DNA from: Chiloscyllium plagiosum | Lineage: Eukaryota | NCBI RefSeq assembly: GCF_004010195.1 | Contig: NC_057718.1 | Location: forward strand, 15,307,407 to 15,371,406 | Direction of reading: 5' to 3' | Length of the DNA: 64,000 bases | Part shown: positions 22,575 to 36,200 of the stretch, piece after piece | How the letters are laid out: each line of letters starts with the position of its first letter | Numbering within the stretch: position 1 is the first letter of the stretch | Notes under the pieces: model-generated | What the model was told of the DNA's origin: nothing | Databases searched by the model: none | What the model saw: the letters and a program-made list of their open reading frames with translations, nothing else | Program-made: the position numbers and the translations under genes

Positions 22575-23580
22575 CTGAAGTAGGCCATTTGGCCCATCGA
22601 GTCTGATTAGCCATTCAAGGATATCATTAATTCCCAACTCCACTTTCCTGCCCTTTCTCTCATATCCCTTTATCCCCTTGCTAATTAAAAATCTGTTCTT
22701 TCCAGCCTTGGGTATTCTTAACGACCCAGCTTCAACAGCCCTCTGTTGGGAGTGGGGGAAAGAATCTTCTTCCTAATCTCTATTCTAACTGGATAGCCTC
22801 TTTCTCTGAAATTATACCCTTTGGCCTTAGACTTCCCACAAGGCATATTGACCCCTCTGTATCTATCATGTCAAGATTCTTAATAATCTTAAGTTTCACT
22901 AAGGTCGCCCCTAATTCTTCTAAACTTCATTGGGTACAGATTCAAACTCTCTCCTCAAATGAAAATCCCTTCATACTTGGGATCAACCTTTTGAACCTTT
23001 TCCACCAGTGCCAATATATCTCTTAGATAAGAGGTACAAAATTCTTTACACTATTCTGTGTGTTGTCTCTCCAGTACCTTGTACTGTTTTCAATAAAGGC
23101 CAATACTCCCAATTGCCTTCCCTACTACCTTCTGAACTTGCACGCTAACTTTTTGTAATTTATTCACAAGAAGCCCCAAATCCCTCTGTACTGCTTTTTC
23201 TCCATTTAAATAATAATCAATTCCTCTGTACTTCCTGTCAAAGTGCAAAATCTCTGTCCCACTTGTATATCACCTGCTAAGTTTTGTGCATCCTTACATA
23301 ATCTGTCTAAATCTTTAAGTAGACTTCTTGTGACATCCACACCACGTGCCTTCCTACCATTTTGTGCCATCCACAAATTTGATTGTAGTGCATTCACTTA
23401 CCTCATCCAAGTTATTAATATATATTGTACATTATCATAGCACTGCACTGATCACTGTGGCATACTACTAGATACAGGTTGCCATCCTGAAAATATGCCC
23501 CTTACTCCAACTCCTTACAGAAGCCAACCAATCCTCTATTCATGCTGATATACTACCTCCAACACCATGAGCTCTTTTAT
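22575..23580 (-). mobile_element. Degenerate CR1-clade LINE fragment
   Basis: CR1-type 3' end (gtaggccatttggcccatcgagtctg...) and RT remnants. Confidence 0.75.
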
Positions 23581-23584
23581 TGAT

Positions 23585-23870
23585 GAGGTAGTGGTGACAT
23601 GATGTTAATGTCACTGGACCATTATTCCAGAGCTCCAGACTCATATTCTGGAAATACAGTTTTGTATCCTACGATGGCAGAAAGTGACAGTTTAATTTAT
23701 AAAATTCTGAAGATGAAGATTCCTCAAGATAATCATGCAAGCTTGTCATTAAAAACCTATCTCGTTCATGATTGTCCTTGTAGAAAAAAATCTGTCATCC
23801 TCACTTGGTCTGGCCTACACATTGATTCCAGATCCCATAGCAGTGTGATAGATTTTGAATTGCTTTCTGT
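23585..23870 (+). mobile_element. tRNA-derived SINE (second family); related copies at about 18170-18345, 19050-19340 and 59900-60165 on the - strand
   Basis: gtggt..atgttaatgtcactggac head and ...tcacttggtctggcctacac..gattccagatcccatagca body are shared among the copies. Confidence 0.55.
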
Positions 23871-24397
23871 TTTGAAATTCTGACAGAGATTAAACTAAAT
23901 GTAATTTGTAAATGTAATCCACATTACTTAAACTGGATTATAGTCTGAGGCATTGTGCATTGTTTTGTATAACTGGGCAAGATGTAACAGTGGGATCTTA
24001 TTTTCTTTCTGTTGAAACAGAATACAGGTTAATAACCAGATGAGAGATTTATCAAGGGCGGGCTTAACTCTGCATCAAGCAGCCACTTGGTTTTCAGTAC
24101 TTAGTTTATAGCTGGGAATCAATGTTGTCTATATTTGTCTAGTCAAATTGTCTCACCTCAAACAGTTTAATTATGTTAAGGATTTCGCCATCGACCTCTC
24201 TCCAAGATCAACAGTGATCTCGAGTTAACCTCCTTTATAATGAAAGAAATCACACAATGAAGCAAATAATTACGACCTTTTTGTAAGCATTGGAATCCTA
24301 ATTGCAGTGCTTAAATGAGTATACAAGTAAGGTGTAGATGAAGTTTGTTTACACAAGTTTCAGAGACAGTCCAGTTATGTAAAGTAATTCATCAGTC

Positions 24398-24671
24398 ATG
24401 ATTCGGAGATGCCGGTGTTGGACTGGGGTGTACAAAGTTTTAAAAATCACACAACACCAGGTTATAGTCCAACAGGTTTAATTGGAAGCACACTAGCTTT
24501 CGGAGCGACGCTCCTTCATCAGGTGATTGCGGAGGGCTCGATCGTAACACAGAATTTATAGCAAAAATTTGCAGTGTGATGTAATTGAAATTATACATTT
24601 GAAAAATTGATTGTCTGTTAAGCCTTTCATCTGTTAGAATTCAGTGATAGTTTCACTCCTTTCATGTGTAA
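24398..24671 (-). mobile_element. PLE family C terminal-repeat fragment in TFB2M intron 7
   Basis: gagatgccggtgttggactggggtgtacaaag... is nearly identical to 52794-52972 and to the reverse complement of about 54150-54376. Confidence 0.85.
24491..24525 (-). ncRNA. Minimal type-I hammerhead ribozyme motif (PLE family C), intact
   Basis: Minus strand: CAC-CTGATGA-A-GGAGC-GTC-GCTCC-GAAA-GC-TA-GTG. Helix I CAC/GTG, helix II 5 bp, palindromic AGCT helix III, CUA cleavage triplet. Confidence 0.68.
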
Positions 24672-24864
24672 CATGGGATTTGGCGATCCGATGGCATAAT
24701 GTCACGACCTCCAAGCCAAAGGGCCTCTGTTCAAGTCTCATTTGCTTAAGATTGGTTTAAAAATATGTAGATTCCATAGATAGTTAACAGCGATAGTTCT
24801 TATTGTGTTAATAGATTCATTGCTCACTGTTAGCAATATCTCCAGAACCTTTACAATCGCTTCC

Positions 24865-25565
24865 TTTCCAAATGGAATTTAATCCTGAAGAATGAGTGAT
24901 TATGCATTTTGGGAGGACTAACGAGGCAAGGGAGTACAGGTTGAATGGTAGGGAGGAATAGCAGAACCTTTAAGTGCATGTCCATAGACCCTTGAAAGCA
25001 ATAGGACAGGTGGATAAGATGGTTAAGAGGGCATATGGGATATTTGTCTTTATTAGTCAAGGCATTAAATACAAAAACAAGAAGTTTCCTGTTGAATACT
25101 TTGTGTAATTCTGGTTGCAACACTACAGAAAAGATGTGATTGCACTGGAGAGGGTACAGAGGAGATTCACGAGTATATTGTCTAGGCTGGAACAATTCAG
25201 CAGTGAAGAGATCTGATTGAGTTGTGCAAAGTTCTGAGAGGAATAGGAAGGGTACATCAGGAAAATGTTCACTTAGTGAAGGAGCCATTAACTGGGGCAC
25301 AGTTTTAAAGTAAGGAGCAGGCGGTTTTAAGGGGATTTGAGGAAATATCTTTTCACCTAGAGGGTGACATGTATCTGGAACCCACTGTCTAAAAGATTAT
25401 TAGAGGCAGGAACTGCCAAGACCTTTAAGGAAAGTTTTGATGAACCCTTGAAATGCCATATCATACAAGGCCCAAGTGCCGGAAAATGCGATTAAAGTAG
25501 ATAGGTGAATGATAACTGGTGCAAACACGATGGGAGAAGGGTATTTTTTTTTGTTGTCTTATGAC
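24865..25565 (+). mobile_element. Degenerate CR1-clade LINE 3' fragment
   Basis: aaatggaatttaatcctgaag..., gatgtgattgcactggagagggtacagaggagattcac... Confidence 0.8.
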
Positions 25566-25721
25566 TCAATTGAGCTATCTTCATGTCTTATGCCCTCTTT
25601 GGATATACACTGCTCAATATACTGAATGTATCAGCTTCTAATCATGCTAAATGTTAATTAGTTTTTGAAAAATATTATCATATCAAAATAATCCTCTCAA
25701 TGCGTTTAAATCATTGCTTAG

Positions 25722-25914
25722 GTCTTGGTGCCCTGGAAGTGGAGCGAAGTTACTGACACAGCTAGGTTTATCAGAGGATATATTAACTGGTGATGTGCAT
25801 CCAGAAGAATACAAGGAACTCTTTGAAGCAATGGAACACTCCCAGGATTTCAGTCAAAGTTGGCTTTATGAGGAAGTATTGGAGAACATGAATTCTACAG
25901 TATCACACATCTGA
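25722..25914 (+). CDS. TFB2M: TFB2M coding exon 8 (stop TGA at 25912-25914)
   Basis: SWCPGSGAKLLTQLGLSEDILTGDVHPEEYKELFEAMEHSQDFSQSWLYEEVLE... (human ...HPQDFKTLFE...WLYDE). The spliced CDS totals 1314 nt with no frameshift. Confidence 0.95.
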
Positions 25915-26346
25915 ATGCATAACTGGGATGGGGTGGGGTGAGGGGGGGGGGGGTGGTGCGGAGGAATTGTCCTGCTCCTTAATCCTTCATAGTGTGAATA
26001 CTACCTAGATGCAATTGAATCCAAATCACAACATCCCTTCAGGTGCTTCAATGTGCATTCTTATAAGTGTGGTCCATTTCTGACATGTACCACGTCAGTG
26101 AAGACTTTAGTCTTGATCAGAGCCTACTGATCAATTTTGCCTGCTTATAAATTACAAGCAATATTAATCTTTGTAGGTCATTTGAATTCCTGCACAGAGC
26201 CTCACTTGATAATTATGAAACGAGGTTCAAACATGAAGACAGCATATTGTACAGAAATGCAGATTGCAGTACTCCGTGTTGAATCAAACCATCCAAATGC
26301 TCTATTTTATTCAATTTCGTTTTTATTGAAATGTAATATAATCCTC

Positions 26347-26828
26347 ATTAAATGCTCTTTATTCAACAGTGAAGTTGTTTCAAATGAATTTTGTTTGATT
26401 TTGTTTCGTATGGTACTCTTGATGGAAGGTCAGCAACAAGATTATGACTGAGCTATATTCACTTTCATTTCCATTAGGGCCATTATGTAGGGCAGTTAAT
26501 CGTCAACCACATTGCACCACTGTTATCCAGTAAACTGATTCAGTTCATTTGTTGAATAATGGCTAAATTCAAATAAATATGTTCTTGAAAATCTGAACAT
26601 GCCCATAGCAACCTCACCTTAGTTTTCAGCATATTCTTGAATATACTTATTATTTGGTAAACTGTTGCTTTTGATCAAACGTGAGAGCTTTTCACAAATT
26701 ATTTGAAATTGATTCTCTCCTAAGCTGTAGTCACCATGCTTTCAGCTGGGTAAACTGTAGGCCCCTGTTTATTTTTAATTTGAGGATATGGAAATAATTG
26801 TCATCATGGTCCAATGTAAAGCAATAAA
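26347..26828 (+). terminator. TFB2M: Candidate TFB2M polyadenylation signals: ATTAAA at 26347-26352 (followed by a GT/T-rich tract) and AATAAA at 26823-26828
   Basis: Hexamers 0.4 and 0.9 kb after the stop codon; usage is not shown by sequence alone. Confidence 0.5.
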
Positions 26829-27025
26829 CTTTGTAATTTACATCACCTCTCTCAGTACTGCTTTAGTACATTGTAATTCCTCCCAGTCACATTTAGTGAC
26901 CGAAACTGAAGTTCCACCTCCATGTTGAATGTTGTATGAATGTTTGTAGGCAAATAGATAGTTACTTAAGTCCTCAAGCACCTCTTTGTCACTTGCACTG
27001 TCTTATTTGCTTTACTTTGAACAGA

Positions 27026-27121
27026 GGAGAAAGTGAGGTCTGCAGATGCTGGAGATCAGAAAAGCGCAGCAGGTCAGGCAGCATCCAGGGAACAGGAGAA
27101 TCGACATTTCGGGCATAAGCC
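27026..27121 (-). mobile_element. 96-bp PLE family A terminal-repeat insertion with a 16-bp TSD
   Basis: CTTTACTTTGAACAGA at 27010-27025 and 27122-27137. Confidence 0.9.
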
Positions 27122-27429
27122 CTTTACTTTGAACAGAACCTCAAGTTCCATAATTTTCAAGTTCTGTCTTTCAAACATTGATACTGATATGAGTGTTGAT
27201 AAGAACTGGAGCTGTCCTCTCATGGAGTTTGAAGTCATTTGTGTTTCCTTTACTGAGTTGCTTTGAATTTGTTGGGTGGAAGCAAGAGACTGGGAAGGTT
27301 GGAAGTAGTTGGTGCTCTAGTGGAAAATGCAACTGTACGTTAGCAGTAAACCAAAGCAACAGATATCACTTCAGATGGAGATATTTTGCTTTCTATACAA
27401 TACTGTTTACAAATTGTCATGAAATATTA

Positions 27430-29910
27430 TAAGACAGCAGAAATTAGGGTATTCAGCCCATCAAGTCTGCTCCACCATTCAATCCCGTAACCCATGATCC
27501 CAATCACAATCAAGAATCTATCTGCATCTTAAATATACTTGATGACTTGGTCTCCACAGCTCTCTCTGGCAGTGAATTCCATAGATTCATCATTCTCTGG
27601 CTGAAGAAGTTCCTCCTTCTCTCCATTCTTAAAGGTCATCCCTTTACTCTAAAGCTGTGCCCTTGGGTCTGAGTCTGTCCTACCAATGTGAAAAATGTTC
27701 CCAACATCCATTCTATCCACACCGTTCAGCATTCTGCAAGTTTCAATTAAATCCCTCCTCATCCCTCTAAACTCTGTCAAGTATGGACCCAGTGTTCTCA
27801 AACGTACCTCCCATGTTAAGCTTTTTATTCCTGGGACCATTCGCGTGAACCTCCTCTGAACATGTTCCAACTCCAGTACATCATTCCTGAGATATGGGGC
27901 CTAAATCTGTGCACAATACTTCAAATGTGGTTTGACCAGAGCCTCCGAAGTACACTTATGCTTTTATATTCAAGTCCTTGCAAAATAGAGTCATAGAGAG
28001 GTACAGCATGGAAACAGACCTTTCGGTCCAACTTGTCCATGCTGACTAGATATCCCAACCCAATCTAGTCTCACCTGCCAGCAGCTGGCCCATATCCCTC
28101 CAAACCCTTCCAATTCATATACCCATCCAGATGCCTTTTAAATGTTGAAATTGTACCAGCCTCCACNNNNNNNNNNNNNNNNNNNNNNNNNNNNNNNNNN
28201 NNNNNNNNNNNNNNNNNNNNNNNNNNNNNNNNNNNNNNNNNNNNNNNNNNNNNNNNNNNNNNNNNNNNNNNNNNNNNNNNNNNNNNNNNNNNNNNNNNNN
28301 NNNNNNNNNNNNNNNNNNNNNNNNNNNNNNNNNNNNNNNNNNNNNNNNNNNNNNNNNNNNNNNNNNNNNNNNNNNNNNNNNNNNNNNNNNNNNNNNNNNN
28401 NNNNNNNNNNNNNNNNNNNNNNNNNNNNNNNNNNNNNNNNNNNNNNNNNNNNNNNNNNNNNNNNNNNNNNNNNNNNNNNNNNNNNNNNNNNNNNNNNNNN
28501 NNNNNNNNNNNNNNNNNNCTATCCTATCTACCTGCGACTCCACTTTCAAGGAGCTATGAGCCTGCACTTCGAGGTCTCTTTGTTCAACAATACTCCCTAG
28601 GAGCTTACCATTAAGTGTATTAGTCCTGCTAAGATTTGCTTTCCCAAAATGCAGCACCTGACATTTATCTGAATTAAACTCCATCTGCCACTTCTCAGCC
28701 CATTGGCCCATCTGGTCAAGATCCTGTTGTAATCTGAGGTAACCCTCTTCGCTGTCCACTGCACCTCCAATTTTGGTGTCCTCTGCAAACTTACTAACTG
28801 TACCTCATGGTCACATCCAAATCATTTATTTAAATGACAAAAAGTAGAGGACCCAGCACCGATCCTTGTGGCACTCCACTGGTCACAGGCCTCCAGTGTG
28901 AAAAACAACTCTCCACTACCACCCTGTCTTCTAACTTTGAGCAAGTTCTGTATCCAATAATGTGATCATTGCATTTGCCTTCCTCACTACTGACTCAACC
29001 TGCAAGTTTACTTTAAGAGAATCCTACACTAGAACTCCCAAGTCTCTTCGCACATCAGATTTCTGAATTTGTTTTCCCATTTAGAAAAGTCTATGCCTCT
29101 ATTCTTCCTACCAAAGTGCATGACCTCATGTTGTACTCCATCTGCCACTTCTTTGCCCACTCTCCTAACCTGTCCAAATCCTTCTGCAGCCTCCCTGCCT
29201 CCTCAGTACTACCTGTCCTTCTACCTATCTTTGTATCATCTGCAAACTTAGCCAGAATGCCCTCAGTTGGTTCATCTAGATTAACAATGTGTAAAGTGAA
29301 AAGGTGTGATCCCAACACAACCTTGCGGAACACCACTTGTCACTGGCTGCCATTCTGAGAAGGACCCTTTTATCCCCACTTTCTACTTTCTGTTAGACAG
29401 CCAATCTTCTATCCATACTTGCACCTTGCTTCTAACACCATTTACCCTTATCTTACTCAGCAGTCTCCTGTGCAGGACCTTGTCAAAGGCCTTCTTAAAG
29501 TCCAAATAGATAACATTAATTGGCTGTCTTTGGTCTAACTTGCTCAAAGAATTCTAGCAGATTTGTCAGGCATGACTTCCCCTTGATGAAACCAAGCTGA
29601 CTTTGTCCTATTTTACCATACACTTCCAAGTATTCAGAAATCTCATCCTTCACAATGGACTCCAAACTCTTACCCACAACCGAGGTTAGGCAAATCAGCC
29701 TGTAATTTTCTGTCTTTTGTCTTCCTCCCTTTTTTAATGGAGGTGTCATGTTAGTGATTTTCCAGTCCTCTAGGAACTTCCCTGACTCTAGCAATCCTGA
29801 AAGATCACCATGAATGCTTCCACTATCTCTTCAGCTGCCTCCTTTAGAACTCTGGGGTGTAGTCCATCTGGTCCAGGTTATTTATCAACTTTCAGGCCAT
29901 TCAGTTTTTT
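27430..29910 (-). mobile_element. CR1-clade LINE with a nested younger CR1 (about 27985-28957; N gap 28167-28518)
   Basis: RT motifs: KFADDTKIG, LQQDLDQMGQWAEKWQMEFN, NYRLICLTSVVGK, SCLTNLLEFFE. Confidence 0.9.
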
Positions 29911-30576
29911 CTAGCATTATCATTTGTAAAATATTATTGGTAGCTTGCCTTAGAGGATTACATTGCAAAGTAATTTTTGGATTTGTTGACATAATAGAAA
30001 ACAAACAGATTTCTGAAGGAGTTGTACTGAACTAGAAATGTTAACTGTCTCTCTCTTTAAGGATGCTGCCAGACGTCTTGAATTTCTCCAGCACTTTGTT
30101 TTTATTTCAGATCTCCAGCGTCTATAGACTTTGCTTTTAAACCCTTGTATTTATGTAACAAATCAAAGAACAGATACTATCTTATATTAAAGCAATACAA
30201 ATTCTTGTAAACACTGGAAAGGCAGGCATAGAAAAAAATAGTACCAATTTTAGTGTGGAAAGTTGACAATGGAATGTGACTGAAAGACTGCATGTTGACT
30301 ACTCCAGTTATTTCTTCATAAATTTAGTTTTGATACAGCAAATCTGGTATGTTCAACTAAAATCTCATTTATACTACATCATGGTGCTGTTCTGTTGGTA
30401 ATGTTTAATAGTGAACGCCATTTAGAATTTCTATTTAGAAAGAAACCATGGAGCAGTAAATAATGCCTTAAGTAAACCAAATAATATCAGCTTGTTGGAA
30501 ACTGAAATGTCATTTTTAATTTAACTTCAATATTTATAATAATTCAAATTTTTATTCAATATAGACAAACGTTACA

Positions 30577-31262
30577 TAGAGTCATAGAGATGTACAGCAC
30601 GGAAACAGACCTTTCGGTCCAACTTGTCCATGCTGACTAGATATCCCATCCAATCTAGTCCCACCTGCCAGCAGCTGGCCCATATCCCTCCAAACCCTTC
30701 CAATTCATATACCCATCCAGATGCCTTTTAAATGTTGAAATTGTACCAGCCTCCACCACATCCTCTGGCAGCTCATTCCATACACGTACCACCCTCTGCA
30801 TGAAAAGGTTGCTCCTTGGGTCTCTTTTATATCTTTCCCCTCTCACCCGAAACCTATGCCCTCTAATTCTGGACTCCCCCTCTCCAGGGAAAAGACTTTA
30901 TCTATTTATCCTATCCATGCCCCTCATGATTTTATAAACCTATATATGTTCACCCCTCAGCCTCCAATGCTCCAGGGAAAACAGCCCTAGCCTATTCAAC
31001 TTCTCCCTATAGCTCAAATCCTCCAACCCTGGCAACATCCTTGTAAATCTTTTCTGAACCCTTTCAAGTTTCAAAACATCTTTCCGATAGGAAGGAGACC
31101 AGAATTGCACGCAATATTCCAACAGTGGCCTAACCAATGTCCTGTACAGCCGCAACATGACCTCCCAACTCCTGTACTCAATACTCTGACCAATAAAGGA
31201 AAGCATACCAAACGCTTTACTATCTTCTTTACTATCCTATCTACCTGCGACTCCACTTTCAA
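30577..31262 (-). mobile_element. Young 5'-truncated CR1-clade (HER1-like) LINE
   Basis: LYRTLVRPLLEYCVQFWSPSYRKDVLKLERVQKRFTRMLPGL and FMQRVVRVWNELP. Confidence 0.92.
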
Positions 31263-31889
31263 CTCTTTAATATTGGTTGCCACATACTATTAACACAAAG
31301 GACTGTTTTCATGTGTATATTTGCTAATACTTCTAGTATTCATAAGTTTCTGTGCAGCCAGAAAAGGTAAAACCACAAGGGCAACTTCAGCTGCCAAAGA
31401 ATGACAGTACCAAGTTGGAAAGCTAATGTGGATCCAGCAAAACATTTTAGTTCTCTGTCTAATTTATAAACAGATGACATATCACAGACTACGATTTCAA
31501 AGGGAAAGAAAAATAGGGCTTATGAATTAACACAGTGCATGAGAAAAGTTAACAATATAAATTTAAATATCTTAAATGAAGGATGTAAAACTGCTATATT
31601 GGATTACAGAATGAACAAACATTAGTGACTAATGTAAAGAGATTGCTTGATGGTTTTCTTTATTGGTTGGTGGTGTGTTACATTTCATTCAGCATTCAAG
31701 TTGCTGTGATAACAAACACTTATGGTTACATAAAGGGTGATCAGGAGCAAAGTCGGCTGCCTAAAGTAGGGATATAACCAATGACTATGGGAGAGTATTG
31801 AATAATTACCTCCATATTTATGGTAGAAAAGGAGGATAGTTTGGTGTAAGTCCCAAGGAATTAATAGTGGATTAAGGACAGGGATGAAA

Positions 31890-33245
31890 TAAAATGAATG
31901 TAAGTAAAAGAGGGGTAATAATGAAATTAATGGAAATAAGTGGTGACAAATCCCCAGGACCTGACAGTTTCTGTCCAAGGGTGTTAAGGAAGTCAGGGAG
32001 CACATTGAGGACACCCTAACTCCAATCTTTTGGAGTTCCCTGGATTCATGTCTGGTAGATCATGCCTGACAAATTCCATTTTTTGGAAGAGGTGACTCAG
32101 GTAGTGAACAGTGATATGTCTGTGGATCTTGTTCATATGAATTTCCAGAAGGCATTTCATTATGTCCCATATATGAAACTAAGGTAGAAGCCCATGGAAT
32201 TGAGGGCAAAGTACTGATGTGGCTGGGAAATTAGTTTGAGTAGTGAGTGGCAGGTGACAGTAGAATAATGGGTAGATACTCAAATTGGCAGGATGTGATC
32301 AGTGGTGTCCCCCTGGATCCATGTTAAAGCCTTAGTTATTCACATTATTTATTAACAACTCAGATAATGGCAGAAAATCATACCCAAAGTTAGGCAGCAC
32401 TGTAGACAGTCTAGATGATTGTCTGTCAATATCCCTTTGTCATTTTTATGCTAGGTGAATGGGCATAACTGCACCAGACAGAGTTCTTTGTAAGGAAGTG
32501 TAAGAGATATCAATTTTGGATTGAGAAAGGATAGATAAGGGTACTTTCTGGATGGTATGAAGTTAAATACAGTCCGAGAGACTTGGGGTTCAGGTGCATA
32601 TATCTTTAAAATGACATGATCTGGTGTAGAAAATAATCAAGAAAGCTAATGGTATGCTGGACTTTGTATCTCGAGGACTAGAGTATAAGGATGCACAAGT
32701 TATACTGCACTTATATAAAGCCCCAGTTCGAACCCACTTGGAGTACTCTGAACAAATTTGGGCACCACACTTGGGAAGGAAAAAATGGTCTTGGAGGGAG
32801 TAAAATGTAGGTTTACAAGAATGAGCTAAGGATTTCAGGGATTAAGTTATGAGAAGAGATTATACAAATTAGCCTGTTTTCTCCAGAATTTAGAGGTTAA
32901 ATGGTGATCTAATCTAAGTCTTCAAGATATTAACAAGAAAAGACAGGGCAGATGCAGACAAACTTTTTCCACTGATTGGCAATTCTAGAACTGGGGTAAA
33001 ATCTGAGAATTAAGTCCAGACTGTTCAGGAGTGATCTGACCAAGCACTTCTACACAAAAAAGGTGACAGATGTTTGGAACACTCTTCCATAAATGGCAGT
33101 GGATGCCTGATCAGTTAATTTTAAATCTAAGATATATTTTTTTGTCATGCAAAGGTATTAAGGGATATTGGCCATAGACAGGTTTATGGACCTCGGCCTC
33201 AGGTCAGCCACGATCTCATTGAATAGCCTACTCCTGTTCCAATGT
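31890..33245 (+). mobile_element. Old CR1-clade LINE fragment
   Basis: gacaaatccccaggacctga, gaatttccagaaggcattt, agtggtgtcccc.., cacttggagtactctg are RT remnants. Confidence 0.8.
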
Positions 33246-36200
33246 AGTCTACAGCAACGCATTGTGATGGTAGGGGCTGCAATATTTTTTCCATCATGTG
33301 GCTGACCAGGAATGTCTCAGTGATCCTAGTAACTGCCAATGGCATGTGTTGGAAGAATACACAAGTTGATGCTCAATCTGTTTGATCATGTTACATGTTC
33401 CAAATGCATCTTCCTTGGTCATCGGCATGGAATGTACTCTAAATCCCAAGCTTCTTGCTCAAGCAGGAATGCTGCCCATTGTGCCACATGACCTCCCATT
33501 GTTGGGTAGAGGGTAGATGTTCAGTTATAACCTTATATGTATGAATGCCTTTTTGTTACAATAACACACTTACGTTTGTTGCCAACATGTCTTTGGTCAC
33601 TTGATCTGAATTTCTTACTTTGTGATGTCTATCTCCCTCATTTTACAACCCTAAAAATACTCAAGTTATTCCAGTATAATGAGAAATTTCACTTCTGAAA
33701 TTGCTGAGGTTGATGGAACAAAATATGCCCTGTGCATTCTAGTTCAATCACTGTTCATCAACAGTCAACCTGTTTATATGGTGTCTTTAATGCAGGGAAA
33801 GTCCCAAACTCTCTTACAGAAGTGTAATTAATAAATTCTACTTATTGGGGTGCAGTGTATATCCTGACATCTAAATTGTCCTTGTGTTTTTTTGAGACAT
33901 TATGGATGGAAACGTCTAAGTTCCACAAAACTCATTTTACCAGCAGGATAAATGGTTCACTGTTGTCCCAATGAATGGTATATCATAAGGATTTCTTAGT
34001 TCTCCTCTGAGAAACAATGATGTTGTTCCATGTTGTGCAATCTACCAAGCCAATCAGCTTCCCAAACACCTGGATGGCAGGACACATGGACCTCAGGTTC
34101 TGACATGTTCTTAGATTTAGCCTGTGAGACATGAATTTTCTGTCTGCCTAACCCGAACTTTCATATTTAGTGTGGCAAGCTACCCCCTTCTCTAGCTCCT
34201 CTCATGTTCAGTTCAGGTGTCTCTGCATTGAGAAGCCTCAAGAATCACATGGTGTAATGATTGTTGTTCTCCCTCCTGATTTTGCAGTGCCCAAAGCCAA
34301 AACTGCAAGTCCTGATCATTTTGTTTTATAGTTGAAGTAACATGCTTTTAGATAAAATCCAGGTAACATTTTCTCCTTAGAATTTCAACCAACCACACAT
34401 CATAACACACTCCAAACTTCTGCCAATTTGTATATATTTTAATACAATTCACTAATTAGCTCACAACATTCTGTTGACTTGTTATCTCTAATTTCTGGAA
34501 AGCTCGGATCTTTTAAGCAGAATTAGATATGAACATTCTTTCCCAAGCTGTCTGTCTATAACGCTCCTTCATTTCCATGTGATTTCATGATTAAATGGAT
34601 AAATAGGCTCCTACTTCCTTGAACCCTATATAACCAAAATATTCCAGGCAAACTCTGGTCATAACCTTTGTGGTCATCAATCCTCAAACTTTTAGTTCTC
34701 AAATTTAGGTGGCATCACAGTGATGGGCCTTCATCAGGGTGTCATATACAATTGTGAATGAGCAATTTTCATCCCAGAATTTCATCTTGTGTGTAATATT
34801 CACCAAGAATGTATGAAGGTAAAGGGGCAATCTCCCTCCATCACCTTTAGCAGCAAACAGTTTTGTTATTCCAAGCTGGTATGCCTTAATTGCAAGATTT
34901 CTGAAATGAGTAGTTGTTTGTTTTGCTCTCTTCTGCCCACTTTCTGGCCTTTTAACCAGGAGTGGTGTGAATAACTGGCTCACTAAATGACCTCGCTGTG
35001 AACAATGTGACCAAACTAGTGTGGCTGCTAATCTGTGTTTACGACCATGAAACTACCTGCATGTAAGTATAGCTTCTAGTTTTTTAAAACTATTTCCAGA
35101 AAGTTGAGCATTGCTACCAAAGGCTTTCATAATTCTGCCTTATCTTGGATCTGAATAACCATTCATCTGAAAGAAGTTTCATGTGTTTCTTGTATTTCTG
35201 CCTGTACTTTTCAGAAAATGCATCAAAATCTCTGAGAACAGTTCATTTTACATCATCGTAACCCATACATGATTGGCAGAGATGTCAAGGAAACACCACG
35301 CAACCCACAAACAAATATCAGCATATTGTCTTCTTTCTGATGAGGTTGTGATGCTTGACATATTCAACTGTATTCAACAATAAGGGGTTGGCCATTTCAA
35401 CCTGAAATTAGATATTTCTTCATTCAGGTGGTTAAGAACCTTTGGAATTCTAAATACCAAGAGACTTGTAAATGTTTGGTTGTTAGGTCTATTCAGGACT
35501 GATTGATTTTTTTTCAGTCAGGGTTTGGAAAGGAATGTGGAGTTGAGGTAAATCACTGGCCATGATTTAAGGACCAGCAGAATGAGCTTGGGAGATCATA
35601 TACCCTGCTTCTGTTTCTGTTGTCAAGTTATTTCAATTGTTTGTACAGCTGCTTTAATTATTTGTATAACTCTTTACAGTACCAGTTATCATAAACTGAT
35701 CATGTCAAAAAACATGCTGTTTTTGAATGGCTTCAGTGTGTTCATGGAGTCTAATGATGCTTTCAAAATTTCAGTTAGTTCTAGCTTCCCAAACTGAAAC
35801 TGAATTGCATTAATAAGTAACAATGGATGAACGTGGCAAACAAAAGACAAACCTGTGAAAATTCTGTATTTTCTGAAGAAAGTTTTACAATAAACATTGA
35901 GAAAGAGACAGGAGAGTGTTGTATCCATCAAAGTAAAATTAGGAGTGTATGTTGCATGGCTGTGGTTTTAAACGATCAATCAACGTATATTACCCAGGGC
36001 TCTTTATACTTCTACTTCATTTGGGTCCAAGCAGGGAACTGGGGCATTCCTCCTGATAGAGAGCTAAAAGTGACATTAGTTATCAGTCTCTGTTCATTTC
36101 TCTCATCGCAAAAGTTAAAACGGTGCAACAGGTACAATTCATGCTACCCTCTAAAGTGTAAAAATGGAGAATCAATATGATGTGTGCTGCGACTGGAGGT

